A stretch of 53,989 bases of DNA from Halodesulfurarchaeum sp. (lineage in GTDB: Archaea; Halobacteriota; Halobacteria; Halobacteriales; Halobacteriaceae), in the NCBI GenBank assembly GCA_042216015.1, contig JBDGUI010000042.1, positions 1 to 53,989 on the forward strand, given 5' to 3'. The position numbers were made by a program, and so were the translations under genes. Numbering within the stretch: the first letter of the stretch is position 1; every line of letters starts with the position of its first letter. Positions 8,985 to 18,166 of this stretch are shown piece by piece. A model generated the notes under the pieces. That model had not been told where the DNA came from, ran no database searches, and worked only from the letters and a program-made list of their open reading frames with translations.

Positions 8985-10106
8985 ATGTCCGGCCTTGACC
9001 GACGACGATTTCTCAAACTGACGGGTGGCATTGGCGTGGGAACGCTCACCGGATTGGCGGGCTGTTCCAGTTCCGGGGAACCCCAGGGGACCACGACACA
9101 AACGACGACCGGGGATATCCAACTCGAACCGACCGGCGATTCGATCGCTGTCGGCATGGTGTACGCCCTTGGCGGCCTCGGGGACAATTCGTTCAACGAC
9201 ATGGCGAACCGGGGCGTAAAGCAGGCCGAAACGGAACTCGGCATCTCCTATCAGAACGCCGAGCCCTCGAATCCGGGGGACTTCTCGACGTTTCAGCGAA
9301 AGTTCGCGACGTCGACCAGCCCCGATTACGACCTCATCAGCACAATCGGGTTCGCACAGACCAGTGCGCTCTCGAAGACGGCACCGAACTTCCCGAAACA
9401 GCGGTTCATGCTAGTCGACAGCGTCCTCTCAGAGCCGAACGTCGCGAGCTACGTCTTCCGGGAGCAAGAGGGGTCATTCCAGGTCGGGATGCTCGCCGGG
9501 CTCCTGACGAGCCAGTCCTTCAGTGCGGGTGCCGGCGAGACGAATCCCGACCAGAAGGTCGTCGGCTTCGTGGGCGGCAAGGAGACACCGCTCATCAAGA
9601 AGTTCGAGGCGGGGTACAAGGCGGGCGTGAAACACGTCGACTCCGCAGTGACGGTTCGGACCGCCTATGCTGGCTCCTGGAGTGATCCCGGGAAGGGGCA
9701 GTCCGTTGCCACCTCGATGTACGGCGAGGGTGCTGACATCGTCTACCATGCAGCGGGCGGGACCGGCGTCGGGGTGTTCCGCGCCGCCCAGAACGTGGGA
9801 CGGTACGGGATCGGGGTCGATGCCCCGCAGTCCGAGTCACTGCCGAAATTTGCGGACGTCATCCTCGCCAGCATGGTCAAACGCGTGGACACGGCAGTCT
9901 TCCGCTCCATCAAGAACGTCGTCGAGGGATCCTTCAGAGGGGGAGACATCATCGCCCTCGGACTTGAGGAGGAGGGTGTCTCGATCAATTACGGGGCTGA
10001 GCTGGGTGATGACATTCCGCAGTCCATCAAGGATCGGATCGCGACCGCGACCGAGCAGATCATCGCGGGCGACATCACGGTCCCGGAGAAGCCAGAGAAC
10101 GTCTAG
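8985..10106 (+). CDS. BMP-family nucleoside ABC transporter substrate-binding Tat lipoprotein
   Basis: DRRRFLK Tat motif, LAGC lipobox, GGLGDNSFND, IGVD, SMVKRVD. Confidence 0.92.
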   Translation: MSGLDRRRFLKLTGGIGVGTLTGLAGCSSSGEPQGTTTQTTTGDIQLEPTGDSIAVGMVYALGGLGDNSFNDMANRGVKQAETELGISYQNAEPSNPGDFSTFQRKFATSTSPDYDLISTIGFAQTSALSKTAPNFPKQRFMLVDSVLSEPNVASYVFREQEGSFQVGMLAGLLTSQSFSAGAGETNPDQKVVGFVGGKETPLIKKFEAGYKAGVKHVDSAVTVRTAYAGSWSDPGKGQSVATSMYGEGADIVYHAAGGTGVGVFRAAQNVGRYGIGVDAPQSESLPKFADVILASMVKRVDTAVFRSIKNVVEGSFRGGDIIALGLEEEGVSINYGAELGDDIPQSIKDRIATATEQIIAGDITVPEKPENV

Positions 10107-10144
10107 ATCGTTCCCCACGCGGTGGCCATCGACCGTTCGATATA

Positions 10145-11740
10145 ATGACACAGGTAGAACGTGACGCGGTCGGCCCCGATCGGGAGCCGACGGTACGATT
10201 CGAAAATGTGACGAAGCGTTTCCCGGGAGTGCTCGCGAACGATCGGATCAGCTTCGCGGTCGAGAGCGGAACGGTCCATGCGCTCCTCGGCGAGAATGGC
10301 GCCGGGAAGACGACTCTGATGAAGATCCTGTACGGACTCTACACGCAGGACGAGGGGACCGTCTCCGTTCGGGGCCAGCCCTCGAAGATCGAAAGCCCCC
10401 GCGATGCCATCGACGCAGGGATCGGCATGATCCACCAGCACTTCAAGCTAATCGATCCCTTCACCGTGGCCGAGAACATCACTCTCGGATTCGCACCGAC
10501 CAGAGCAGGAGGTATTCACTTCGACCGGACGGAGGCACGCGAGGACGTCGAGCGAATCTCCGACCGATACGGCCTCAACGTCGATCCCGACGCGACCGTG
10601 GCGGACATCTCGGTGGGCGAACAACAGCGCGTCGAAATTCTCAAGTCACTGTACCGGGGCGCGGAAATTCTGATACTCGACGAGCCGACCGCCGTCTTGA
10701 CCCCTCAGGAAATCGAGGAACTGTTCGAGGTCGTCGAGGAGCTCCGGGAGAAGGGCAAGACGATCATCTTCATCACTCACAAGCTCGGCGAGGCCATGCG
10801 GATGGCCGACAGCATCACGGTCCTGCAGGATGGGAAGAACATTGGAACGGTCGACTCGGACGCGGTTAGCGAGCCGGAACTCGCCGAGATGATGGTCGGT
10901 CGGGAAGTCCTCATGGAGCGGACGAAACGACCCCAGGAGCCCGGCGATCGCGTCCTCTCCGTCTCGGAGCTTGCCGTCGAGGACCGGAGCGGGGCCGAGA
11001 TCGTCAAGGACGTCTCCTTTGCCGTCCGTGAGGGCGAGATCTTCGGGATCGCCGGGGTGGATGGGAACGGACAGTCCCAACTCATCGAGGCGATCACTGG
11101 GCTTCGCGACCCCGCCGCGGGTGACGTCAACCTCGGGGGTGAGGATATCACCGAGGAAAGTCGCCGGGAACACGTCCACCGGGGGATGGCCTACGTTCCC
11201 GAAGACCGCCAGAAGCGCGGGCTCGTCATGGACTTCGACCTGACCGAAAACACGCTCCTGGGAGTCCAACACACCGAGACGTTTGCAGCCGCGAGGGGGA
11301 TCGACTGGGAGCGGACGCGGGATCGGACCCACGAGATCGTCGAGGAGTACGACGTTCGCACGCCGAATATCAAAACGACGGCGGAATCGCTCTCGGGCGG
11401 CAATCAACAGAAATTCGTCGTCGGGCGCGAACTTTTCCGGGGCCCAGAGATGGTGGTCGCCTCCCACCCGACGCGCGGCGTGGACGTCGGGAGCATCGAG
11501 TTCATCCACGATCGCCTGCTCTCTCTGCGGTCCGACGAGACGGCGGTTCTCCTCGTCTCCTCGAAGCTCGACGAGATTCTCGACCTCGCCGACCGCGTCG
11601 CCGTGATGTACGAGGGCGAATTCGTCGACGTCGTCGATCCGGACACGGTGACCGAGGAGCAACTGGGGCTCCTGATGGGGGGAGAGCGACCGGACAGAGA
11701 CTACGAGACCGACCGAGCCATGGAGGTGGGGCGATCGTGA
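10145..11740 (+). CDS. Nucleoside/sugar ABC transporter ATPase (two NBDs)
   Basis: LLGENGAGKTT, ILDEPTAVL, LSGGNQQK, PTRGVDVG. Confidence 0.95.
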   Translation: MTQVERDAVGPDREPTVRFENVTKRFPGVLANDRISFAVESGTVHALLGENGAGKTTLMKILYGLYTQDEGTVSVRGQPSKIESPRDAIDAGIGMIHQHFKLIDPFTVAENITLGFAPTRAGGIHFDRTEAREDVERISDRYGLNVDPDATVADISVGEQQRVEILKSLYRGAEILILDEPTAVLTPQEIEELFEVVEELREKGKTIIFITHKLGEAMRMADSITVLQDGKNIGTVDSDAVSEPELAEMMVGREVLMERTKRPQEPGDRVLSVSELAVEDRSGAEIVKDVSFAVREGEIFGIAGVDGNGQSQLIEAITGLRDPAAGDVNLGGEDITEESRREHVHRGMAYVPEDRQKRGLVMDFDLTENTLLGVQHTETFAAARGIDWERTRDRTHEIVEEYDVRTPNIKTTAESLSGGNQQKFVVGRELFRGPEMVVASHPTRGVDVGSIEFIHDRLLSLRSDETAVLLVSSKLDEILDLADRVAVMYEGEFVDVVDPDTVTEEQLGLLMGGERPDRDYETDRAMEVGRS

Positions 11741-12969
11741 GCGATCGGAGACTCCCCGATCGGGTGCAATCCTTTCTCGCATTCTTCACGGAGAACTCCG
11801 CTGCCGAGCGCTTTCTCATCAGCGTCGCCTCCCTCATCGCGGCGGTGATCGTCGGGAGCGTCGTGGTCCTCCTCTCGGGCTGGGTGAAGACGTGCTCGAA
11901 TCCGGCCTTCACGGTCCCCGGCCTGGGTGGGTTCTGCTACGATCCGATCGAACTCTTCCAGGTCCTCCTGAACGGGGCCTTCGGAAATCCACTGGCGCTC
12001 AACTCGCCGCGACTCTTTACCGAGGGGTGGACGCTGCTCAACTTCTCGACGGCGATCACGCTGAAGGAGACGACACTCCTGATCTTCACGGGGCTCGCCG
12101 TGGCAATCTCATTCCGCGCGGGACTGTTCAACATCGGCGTGCAGGGACAGCTCGTCCTCGGCGGCCTCGCCGGGGCGCTCGCCGTTCTCTGGACTGCACC
12201 GTTTCTTCCCCCGACGTTTCTCGGCTCGACGTTCGCGGTGGGCATCGGCGTGGCAGTCTCGGCCCTCGCCGGCGGCATCTATGGGGCGATCCCTGGAGCA
12301 CTCAAGGCCTATGCAGACGCGAACGAGGTAATCACGACGATCATGTTGAACTTCGTCGCGACGGGGGTGGCGTTCTTCCTCGTCTCTGCGTACTTCAAGG
12401 ATCCAGCGAGCCAGAGCATCGAGACCAGGGCACTCCCCACGTTCGCCTCGCTGCCCACCGTACTCTTTCGAGAGGGAGCCCCGTTCTCGATCGTCGCCCT
12501 GCTGCTCGCGATCGGACTGGTCGGAGCGGTCTACTACGTGCTCCAGCACACTGCCTTCGGGTACGACCTGCGGGTGAGCGGTCTGCAACCCCTGGCGGCC
12601 GAATACGGGGGGGTCAACGCAAAGCGTATGATCACCTCGACGATGACCGCCTCCGGGGCGCTCGCAGGGATCGGGGGAATGCTCTGGGTGATGATGGTGC
12701 TCGGCCGCTGGCGCGTCTCCGTCCCGGCACTCGGCTTCGACGGGATCACCGTCTCGATCCTCGCAGGCAACCAGCCCCTCGCCGTGATCCCGGCCGCGTT
12801 CCTGTTCGGTGTCCTCAAGAGCGGCGGACTCTCGATCCAGTTCCAGATGGGTGTGCCGCCCGAACTCATCGGGGTGATCCGGGGGTTCATCATCCTGTTC
12901 GTCGCGATGCCGGAGTTCTTCCGAATGCTTGGAGGGTATCTCGACGTCTCGGGGGGTGAGTCCCCGTGA
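11737..12969 (+). CDS. Nucleoside ABC transporter permease
   Basis: FRAGLFNIGVQGQ, NEVITTIMLNF, GFDGITV; GTGA overlap with the ATPase. Confidence 0.92.
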   Translation: MSDRRLPDRVQSFLAFFTENSAAERFLISVASLIAAVIVGSVVVLLSGWVKTCSNPAFTVPGLGGFCYDPIELFQVLLNGAFGNPLALNSPRLFTEGWTLLNFSTAITLKETTLLIFTGLAVAISFRAGLFNIGVQGQLVLGGLAGALAVLWTAPFLPPTFLGSTFAVGIGVAVSALAGGIYGAIPGALKAYADANEVITTIMLNFVATGVAFFLVSAYFKDPASQSIETRALPTFASLPTVLFREGAPFSIVALLLAIGLVGAVYYVLQHTAFGYDLRVSGLQPLAAEYGGVNAKRMITSTMTASGALAGIGGMLWVMMVLGRWRVSVPALGFDGITVSILAGNQPLAVIPAAFLFGVLKSGGLSIQFQMGVPPELIGVIRGFIILFVAMPEFFRMLGGYLDVSGGESP

Positions 12970-14054
12970 GTTCATTTCGAGACGCAATCCCCCGGTGGCG
13001 GCGTCGGAGCGCGCTGTTTACGGCCGCCTTTTTCGCGTTCGTCTTTGCCGCGATCGTCTTTCGGACGCTGTTCCCGGAGACGACGGCCGGAACTGTCCTG
13101 TCCATCTTCGACGTCGGGTTCGTAGAACAGACGCTCGTCGCCGCGGTGCCGATCGTCCTCGCGGCACTTGGGGGAATCTTCGCAGAGAAGAGCGGCGTCA
13201 TCAACATCGGCCTCGAGGGACTGCTCATCGTCAGCGCGTTCCTGAGTATCGCCATCGTCGAGGCGATTGCAGGCAGCGGAACCGCCACCCAGACGACCGT
13301 CTGGATCGGCGTGCTGGGGGCCGTCATCGGGAGTACCCTGTTCGCCTGGCTGTTCGCGGTCGTCACGATCGATTTCAAGGCCGATCAGATCATCGCCGGC
13401 CTGGCGGTCTGGTTCATCGCACTCGGTCTTGGCCCCTATGCCAGCGTCATCATCTGGGGCCGAAAAAACAGCCCGCCGGTGACGACCGTCGACCAGTTGA
13501 CGATTCCCCTGCTCTCGAAGATCCCGGTCGTCGGTCCGATATTCTTCGACACGAACCCCTTCGTGCCGTTGATGGTGCTCGCCGTGGTCGGAACCTGGTA
13601 CGTCCTCAAGCACACGCCATTCGGGCTCTGGGTCAAGGCAAGTGGAGAGAATCCAGCGGCCCTCGACACTGCCGGTGTCGACGTCCGCCGCGTCCGATAC
13701 GTTGCGGTGCTGCTCTCGGGGGCGCTCTCCGGACTCGGCGGGGCGGGACTCGCGATCGGTCGGGTGGGACAATTCATCGGTGGCGGAGCCACGATGGTGA
13801 ACGGACGCGGCTGGATCGCGATCACGACCTACCTCTTCGGGAACTACAACCCCCTTGGCACGTTTGGAGCCGGACTGCTATTTGCAAGTCTGACCGCCCT
13901 ACAGATCCGCCTTCAGCAGGTCGCTGCAATCGAGGTGCCGAGTTCACTGATTCGGATCGTTCCCTACGTGACGGTGATCATCGTGCTGGCGCTGGTCGGT
14001 CACACGCGTATCCCGGAGGCCGCCGGGGAGCACTACGAATCCGGCGAGGAGTGA
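12966..14054 (+). CDS. Nucleoside ABC transporter permease
   Basis: EKSGVINIGLEG, GENPAALDTAG, GRGWIAI. Confidence 0.92.
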   Translation: MSSFRDAIPRWRRRSALFTAAFFAFVFAAIVFRTLFPETTAGTVLSIFDVGFVEQTLVAAVPIVLAALGGIFAEKSGVINIGLEGLLIVSAFLSIAIVEAIAGSGTATQTTVWIGVLGAVIGSTLFAWLFAVVTIDFKADQIIAGLAVWFIALGLGPYASVIIWGRKNSPPVTTVDQLTIPLLSKIPVVGPIFFDTNPFVPLMVLAVVGTWYVLKHTPFGLWVKASGENPAALDTAGVDVRRVRYVAVLLSGALSGLGGAGLAIGRVGQFIGGGATMVNGRGWIAITTYLFGNYNPLGTFGAGLLFASLTALQIRLQQVAAIEVPSSLIRIVPYVTVIIVLALVGHTRIPEAAGEHYESGEE

Positions 14055-14083
14055 TTTTTCACCCCGGCGCCCGTCGACACGCC

Positions 14084-14488
14084 ATGGACGAACTCATGGC
14101 GAGCGCCAGGGAGGCCGTCTCCCGCGCGATCGTGCCTTACTCGGAGTATCCGGTCGGCGCGGCCATCGAAACGGCCGACGGATCGGTCTACACGGGGGCG
14201 AACATCGAGATCGCGAACTACTCGAATAGCCTGCACGCAGAGGAGGTCGCCCTCGCCCGGGCCGTGATGGCGGGCCACACCGACTTCACGCGCATTGCCG
14301 TCGCCTCCGCGGCCGAAGACGGCATCACGCCCTGTGGCATGTGCCGGCAGACGCTTTCCGAATTCGCCGATGCAGGGTTCGAGGTGCTCGTGGACCACCC
14401 GGACGGACCCGAATCACACCGACTGAGTGACCTCCTGCCCCATGCGTTCACCGGCGACCAGATAACAGCGCATACGAATCGACGATAG
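14084..14488 (+). CDS. cdd: Cytidine deaminase
   Basis: PYSEYPVGAA, GANIE, Zn motifs HAEE and PCGMCRQ. Confidence 0.93.
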   Translation: MDELMASAREAVSRAIVPYSEYPVGAAIETADGSVYTGANIEIANYSNSLHAEEVALARAVMAGHTDFTRIAVASAAEDGITPCGMCRQTLSEFADAGFEVLVDHPDGPESHRLSDLLPHAFTGDQITAHTNRR

Positions 14489-14538
14489 GGCGGCCAAACG
14501 GGCCAAGGGTTTTGCCGCCCCTCCGCCTTGAGGGAACC

Positions 14539-15363
14539 ATGACTGGAACCAGCGAGGATCCGAACGACGAGGTCCAGTACCACATCGGGGTCGGGCCCGA
14601 GGATCTCGCCTCGGCAGTGCTCCTCCCAGGGAATCCCGATCGTATCGACACGATCACCGACTACTGGGACGAGGCTGCGGAGCGAGGATTCCACCGGGAA
14701 TACCGTACCGTCACGGGGCGTGTCGGCGAGACGGAAATTTCGGTCACCTCGACCGGAATCGGTTCCCCGGGAGCGGCGATCGCGGTGGAGGAACTCGCTC
14801 GGGCCGGTGCCGAGACCTTCATCAGGGTCGGATCGACAGGCGCCATCCAGCCCGAGATGGACGTCGGCGACCTGGTCATCACGTCCGGGGCGGTCAGACA
14901 GGAGGGCACGAGTGACGAGTACGTCCGCGAGGACTACCCCGCCGTGGCCGACCGGGAGGTCACCGGGGCGCTCATCGCGGCCGCCGAGCGACTGGATCAG
15001 GACTACCACGTCGGGGTCACGATGAGCGCGGACAGCTTCTATGCCGGCCAGGGCCGAGCGGGATTCGAGGGGTTCGAAGCCGCCGGGAGCGACACGCTCG
15101 TCGACGAACTCAGGGAGGCAAACGTGAAGAACATCGAGATGGAGGCGAGCGCGATTCTCACGCTGGGATCGATCTACGGGCTGCGCAGTGGGGCGATCTG
15201 TTCGGTCTATGCCAACCGGGAGACCGGTGAATTCCGCAGGGAGGGCGACGACAGGGCCGCTGAGACAGCAACCCTGGCAGTCGAGTTGCTCGCAAAGATG
15301 GATCGAAAGAAAGCCGAGGCTGGCGTCGACCACTGGCATCCCGGGCTCTCGCTCGCGGATTGA
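14539..15363 (+). CDS. udp: Uridine/nucleoside phosphorylase
   Basis: LLPGNPDR, STGIGSP, IRVGSTGA, NIEMEAS. Confidence 0.9.
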   Translation: MTGTSEDPNDEVQYHIGVGPEDLASAVLLPGNPDRIDTITDYWDEAAERGFHREYRTVTGRVGETEISVTSTGIGSPGAAIAVEELARAGAETFIRVGSTGAIQPEMDVGDLVITSGAVRQEGTSDEYVREDYPAVADREVTGALIAAAERLDQDYHVGVTMSADSFYAGQGRAGFEGFEAAGSDTLVDELREANVKNIEMEASAILTLGSIYGLRSGAICSVYANRETGEFRREGDDRAAETATLAVELLAKMDRKKAEAGVDHWHPGLSLAD

Positions 15364-15451
15364 GCGGCAGATCCCTTTCGTCCCCCTTCGTGGGTGACTG
15401 AGACGAGGGGATGACGGCGAACCTATATGCGGGGCGGTCCTCGGATCGGTC

Positions 15452-16585
15452 ATGCCTTCGAAGCGAGCGATGGAGACGACGCCCTTCGCGGCGATGGACG
15501 TCCTCGAGAAGGCCGAACAACTGGACGACGTCGTCGACCTCTCGGTCGGTGAACCCGACTTCGAGCCGCCGGCCGTGGCAACCGAGGCGGCCATCGACTC
15601 GCTTGCCGGAGGGAGCGTGAACTACACGAACGCGCGCGGCAAGACGAGTCTCAGGGAGGCGATCTCGGCGTACTACGACCGCGAGTACGGGGTGAGCGTG
15701 CCGATCGAGCGGATCCACGTCACCCCGGGATCGTCACCGGCCATGTTGATGGTGATGCTCGACGTGGTCGATCCGGGCGGCGAGGTCGTGCTCACCGATC
15801 CCTATTACGCGCCGTATCCGAACTTCGTCAGGCAGGCCGAGGGAACGGTCAGGACTGTCGACCTCGAGCCCGCAAACGGGTTTCAACCCGACCTCGCGAC
15901 GTTCGACGCCGCGGTCGGGCACGACGCGGCAGGCCTGTTGATCAACTCGCCGGCGAACCCGACCGGCACCGTCATGGACGCGGATGCAATCGAGGGGCTC
16001 GCGTCGCTGGCCCGTCGAACCGACACGCGACTGATCGCCGACGAGATCTATCACGGGCTCGACTTCGATGCGGAGGCCCACTCCGTCCTCGAGTACACAG
16101 ACGAGGCATTCGTCCTCGATGGGGTCTCGAAGCGCTATGGAATGACCGGCTGGCGGCTGGGCTGGATCGTCTCGCCACCGGGGGAGACGGAGGCGTTGAA
16201 TCGACTCGTCCAGAACTTCCTGATCTGTGCGCCGAACCACGTCCAGGACGGTGCGGAGGTGGCCATCAGGGAGGGAGACGGGCTGGCCGAAATCCGCTCG
16301 GTGTACCGGGAGCGCCGGGATCTGTTGCTCGAGGGGGTTCGCGAACTCGGCCTCGATCTGGGCTATGTGCCCGCCGGGGCGTACTACCTCCTGCTCGACG
16401 TGAGCGATCTCCACGGAGACGCCTTCGAGGTCGCCGACCGCCTGCTCGAGGAGGCGGGTGTCGCCCTGACCCCCGGGCCGGATTTCGGAGCACAGACCGA
16501 GGACATGCTACGGGCGTCCTTTGCGGCCAGCACGACCGACATCGAGGAGGCGATCGCTCGATTGAGATCGACTCTGCGGGTCTGA
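15452..16585 (+). CDS. aspB: PLP-dependent class I/II (aspartate) aminotransferase
   Basis: VGEPDF, NSPANPTG, DEIYH, SKRYGMTGWRLG; convergent with lrpA1 as in Halobacterium. Confidence 0.85.
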   Translation: MPSKRAMETTPFAAMDVLEKAEQLDDVVDLSVGEPDFEPPAVATEAAIDSLAGGSVNYTNARGKTSLREAISAYYDREYGVSVPIERIHVTPGSSPAMLMVMLDVVDPGGEVVLTDPYYAPYPNFVRQAEGTVRTVDLEPANGFQPDLATFDAAVGHDAAGLLINSPANPTGTVMDADAIEGLASLARRTDTRLIADEIYHGLDFDAEAHSVLEYTDEAFVLDGVSKRYGMTGWRLGWIVSPPGETEALNRLVQNFLICAPNHVQDGAEVAIREGDGLAEIRSVYRERRDLLLEGVRELGLDLGYVPAGAYYLLLDVSDLHGDAFEVADRLLEEAGVALTPGPDFGAQTEDMLRASFAASTTDIEEAIARLRSTLRV

Positions 16586-16609
16586 GTTCGATCCCCAACC
16601 CCGCTCACG

Positions 16610-17038
16610 CTATTTCAGCCGCTCCTGGAGAAACGTCGGATGGGCCTCCTCCATCCCCTCGATCGGCATCACCGACTCCTGGATGATGCCGGCGAGGGCG
16701 TCCCCATCCTCGGCTCGCATCTCGGCCATCAGCATGTGGTCGCCGCTCGAGCTGTAGAGGGTCCGGACCGATTCGAGGGCCTTCAATTCCTCGATGGCAT
16801 CGACGTAGCACTCGCTTTTGACCTCGAACCCGACGAGGGCGATCGACGTGGAGGACCGTTTCTTCGGATCGACCTCCGCCGTGTACCCGACAATGACACC
16901 CTCCTCCTCGAGCTGGGAGACGTACTTCCGAACCGTCGGCTTCGAGACGCCCACCCGGTCGGCGATCTCGCCGTAGGAGGCTTTCGCGTCCGCCTCGAGA
17001 ACCGCGAGAATGCGGTCCCTGATCGACTCCTCGTTCAC
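16610..17038 (-). CDS. lrpA1: Lrp/AsnC family regulator LrpA1
   Basis: HTH (EIADRVGVSKPTVRKY...LEEEGVI) plus RAM domain (SSGDHMLM). GTG start at 17038 chosen. Confidence 0.88.
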   Translation of the reverse strand: MNEESIRDRILAVLEADAKASYGEIADRVGVSKPTVRKYVSQLEEEGVIVGYTAEVDPKKRSSTSIALVGFEVKSECYVDAIEELKALESVRTLYSSSGDHMLMAEMRAEDGDALAGIIQESVMPIEGMEEAHPTFLQERLK

Positions 17039-17140
17039 GAAGATTCCTTTGGGACCCCGGAAAAAATACCTTCCGAATCTGAAAACTGTTGTCGAATCTC
17101 GAAAACTGTCCGGAATCAATCCCGATCGGCGGTCAGGAGC

Positions 17141-17245
17141 GTCTCACGACGATCCGACCTGCCGCTCGAAAATCAGAAGTGCCGGTCAGCAATCAAGAGT
17201 CTCACGACGATCCGACGTGCCTTTCGAGGATCAGGTGTGCCGGTC
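17141..17245 (+). repeat. Degenerate direct duplication (47-bp units, 58-bp period)
   Basis: 17141-17187 and 17199-17245 match at 40/47 positions, including an exact GTCTCACGACGATCCGAC. Confidence 0.85.
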
Positions 17246-18166
17246 GAGTCGGTCGTAGGACCGCTCCCACTCGTACTCCTCGTCGAAGTACCGCTCGACG
17301 ACGGGTTCCTCGGGCATCTCCTCGCGCATCTGCTTTTCCTCCTGGTAGGTCCGCCGGTCCTCCTCGACGTAGTACCGCCCGGTCAAGACTTTTCCCTCGT
17401 AGAGTTGGGTTTCGGTCTCGTGCATCATCTCGGCCGCTTCTCGGCGGTCAGTGACGTCGAAGTCGTAGTCATCGGACTCCTGAACATCGATGTAGGGCAC
17501 GTACTCGCCGCCGTCCTTGTTCCAGGTCGGACACTGTGTGAGGAAGTCTACGTGGGCGAACCCATCGTGCTCGATCGCCTCGGCGAGGATCTCTCGGGCC
17601 TGGTTGGGGTTCGTCGCTGCGGTCCGGGCGATGTACGAGGCTCCAGCCGAAAGGGCGAGTGACAGCGGTCGAACCGGGTCCTTCGCAACCCCCTTGAGCT
17701 GGGTCTTCGAGACGTGGCCTTTCGGGCTGGTCGGGGCGGACTGGCCCTTCGTGAGCCCGAAGACCTCGTTGTTGAACACGATGTAGGTCATGTCGTGGTT
17801 CTCGCGGGCAGTGTGGGTGAAGTGGTTCCCGCCGATGCCGTAGCCGTCACCATCGCCACCCGCGGCGATGACCTCGAGGTCCTGATTGACCATCTTCGCC
17901 GCGCGACCGAGGGGGAGCGTGCGGCCGTGAATCGCGTGGAACCCGTAGCTGTCGAAGTAGCTGTTGAGCTTGCCCGAACAGCCGATACCGGTCACCACGA
18001 GCACCTCCTCCGGGTCCCGGCCGACATCGGCCATCGCACCTTTGAGCGAGCGCAGGACCGAGAAGTCACCACACCCCGGACACCACGTGGGCTGGGGCTC
18101 CGCCTCGAGAGTGTAGTCGTCGTCAGTCATCTCCTCGCCGCTGCCGATGGCGCTGAATTCGGTCAT
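17231..18166 (-). CDS. porB: 2-oxoacid (pyruvate):ferredoxin oxidoreductase beta subunit
   Basis: WCPGCGD, GIGCS, TPP motif GGDGD...NN, TKGQ. Confidence 0.9.
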   Translation of the reverse strand: MTEFSAIGSGEEMTDDDYTLEAEPQPTWCPGCGDFSVLRSLKGAMADVGRDPEEVLVVTGIGCSGKLNSYFDSYGFHAIHGRTLPLGRAAKMVNQDLEVIAAGGDGDGYGIGGNHFTHTARENHDMTYIVFNNEVFGLTKGQSAPTSPKGHVSKTQLKGVAKDPVRPLSLALSAGASYIARTAATNPNQAREILAEAIEHDGFAHVDFLTQCPTWNKDGGEYVPYIDVQESDDYDFDVTDRREAAEMMHETETQLYEGKVLTGRYYVEEDRRTYQEEKQMREEMPEEPVVERYFDEEYEWERSYDRLDRHT

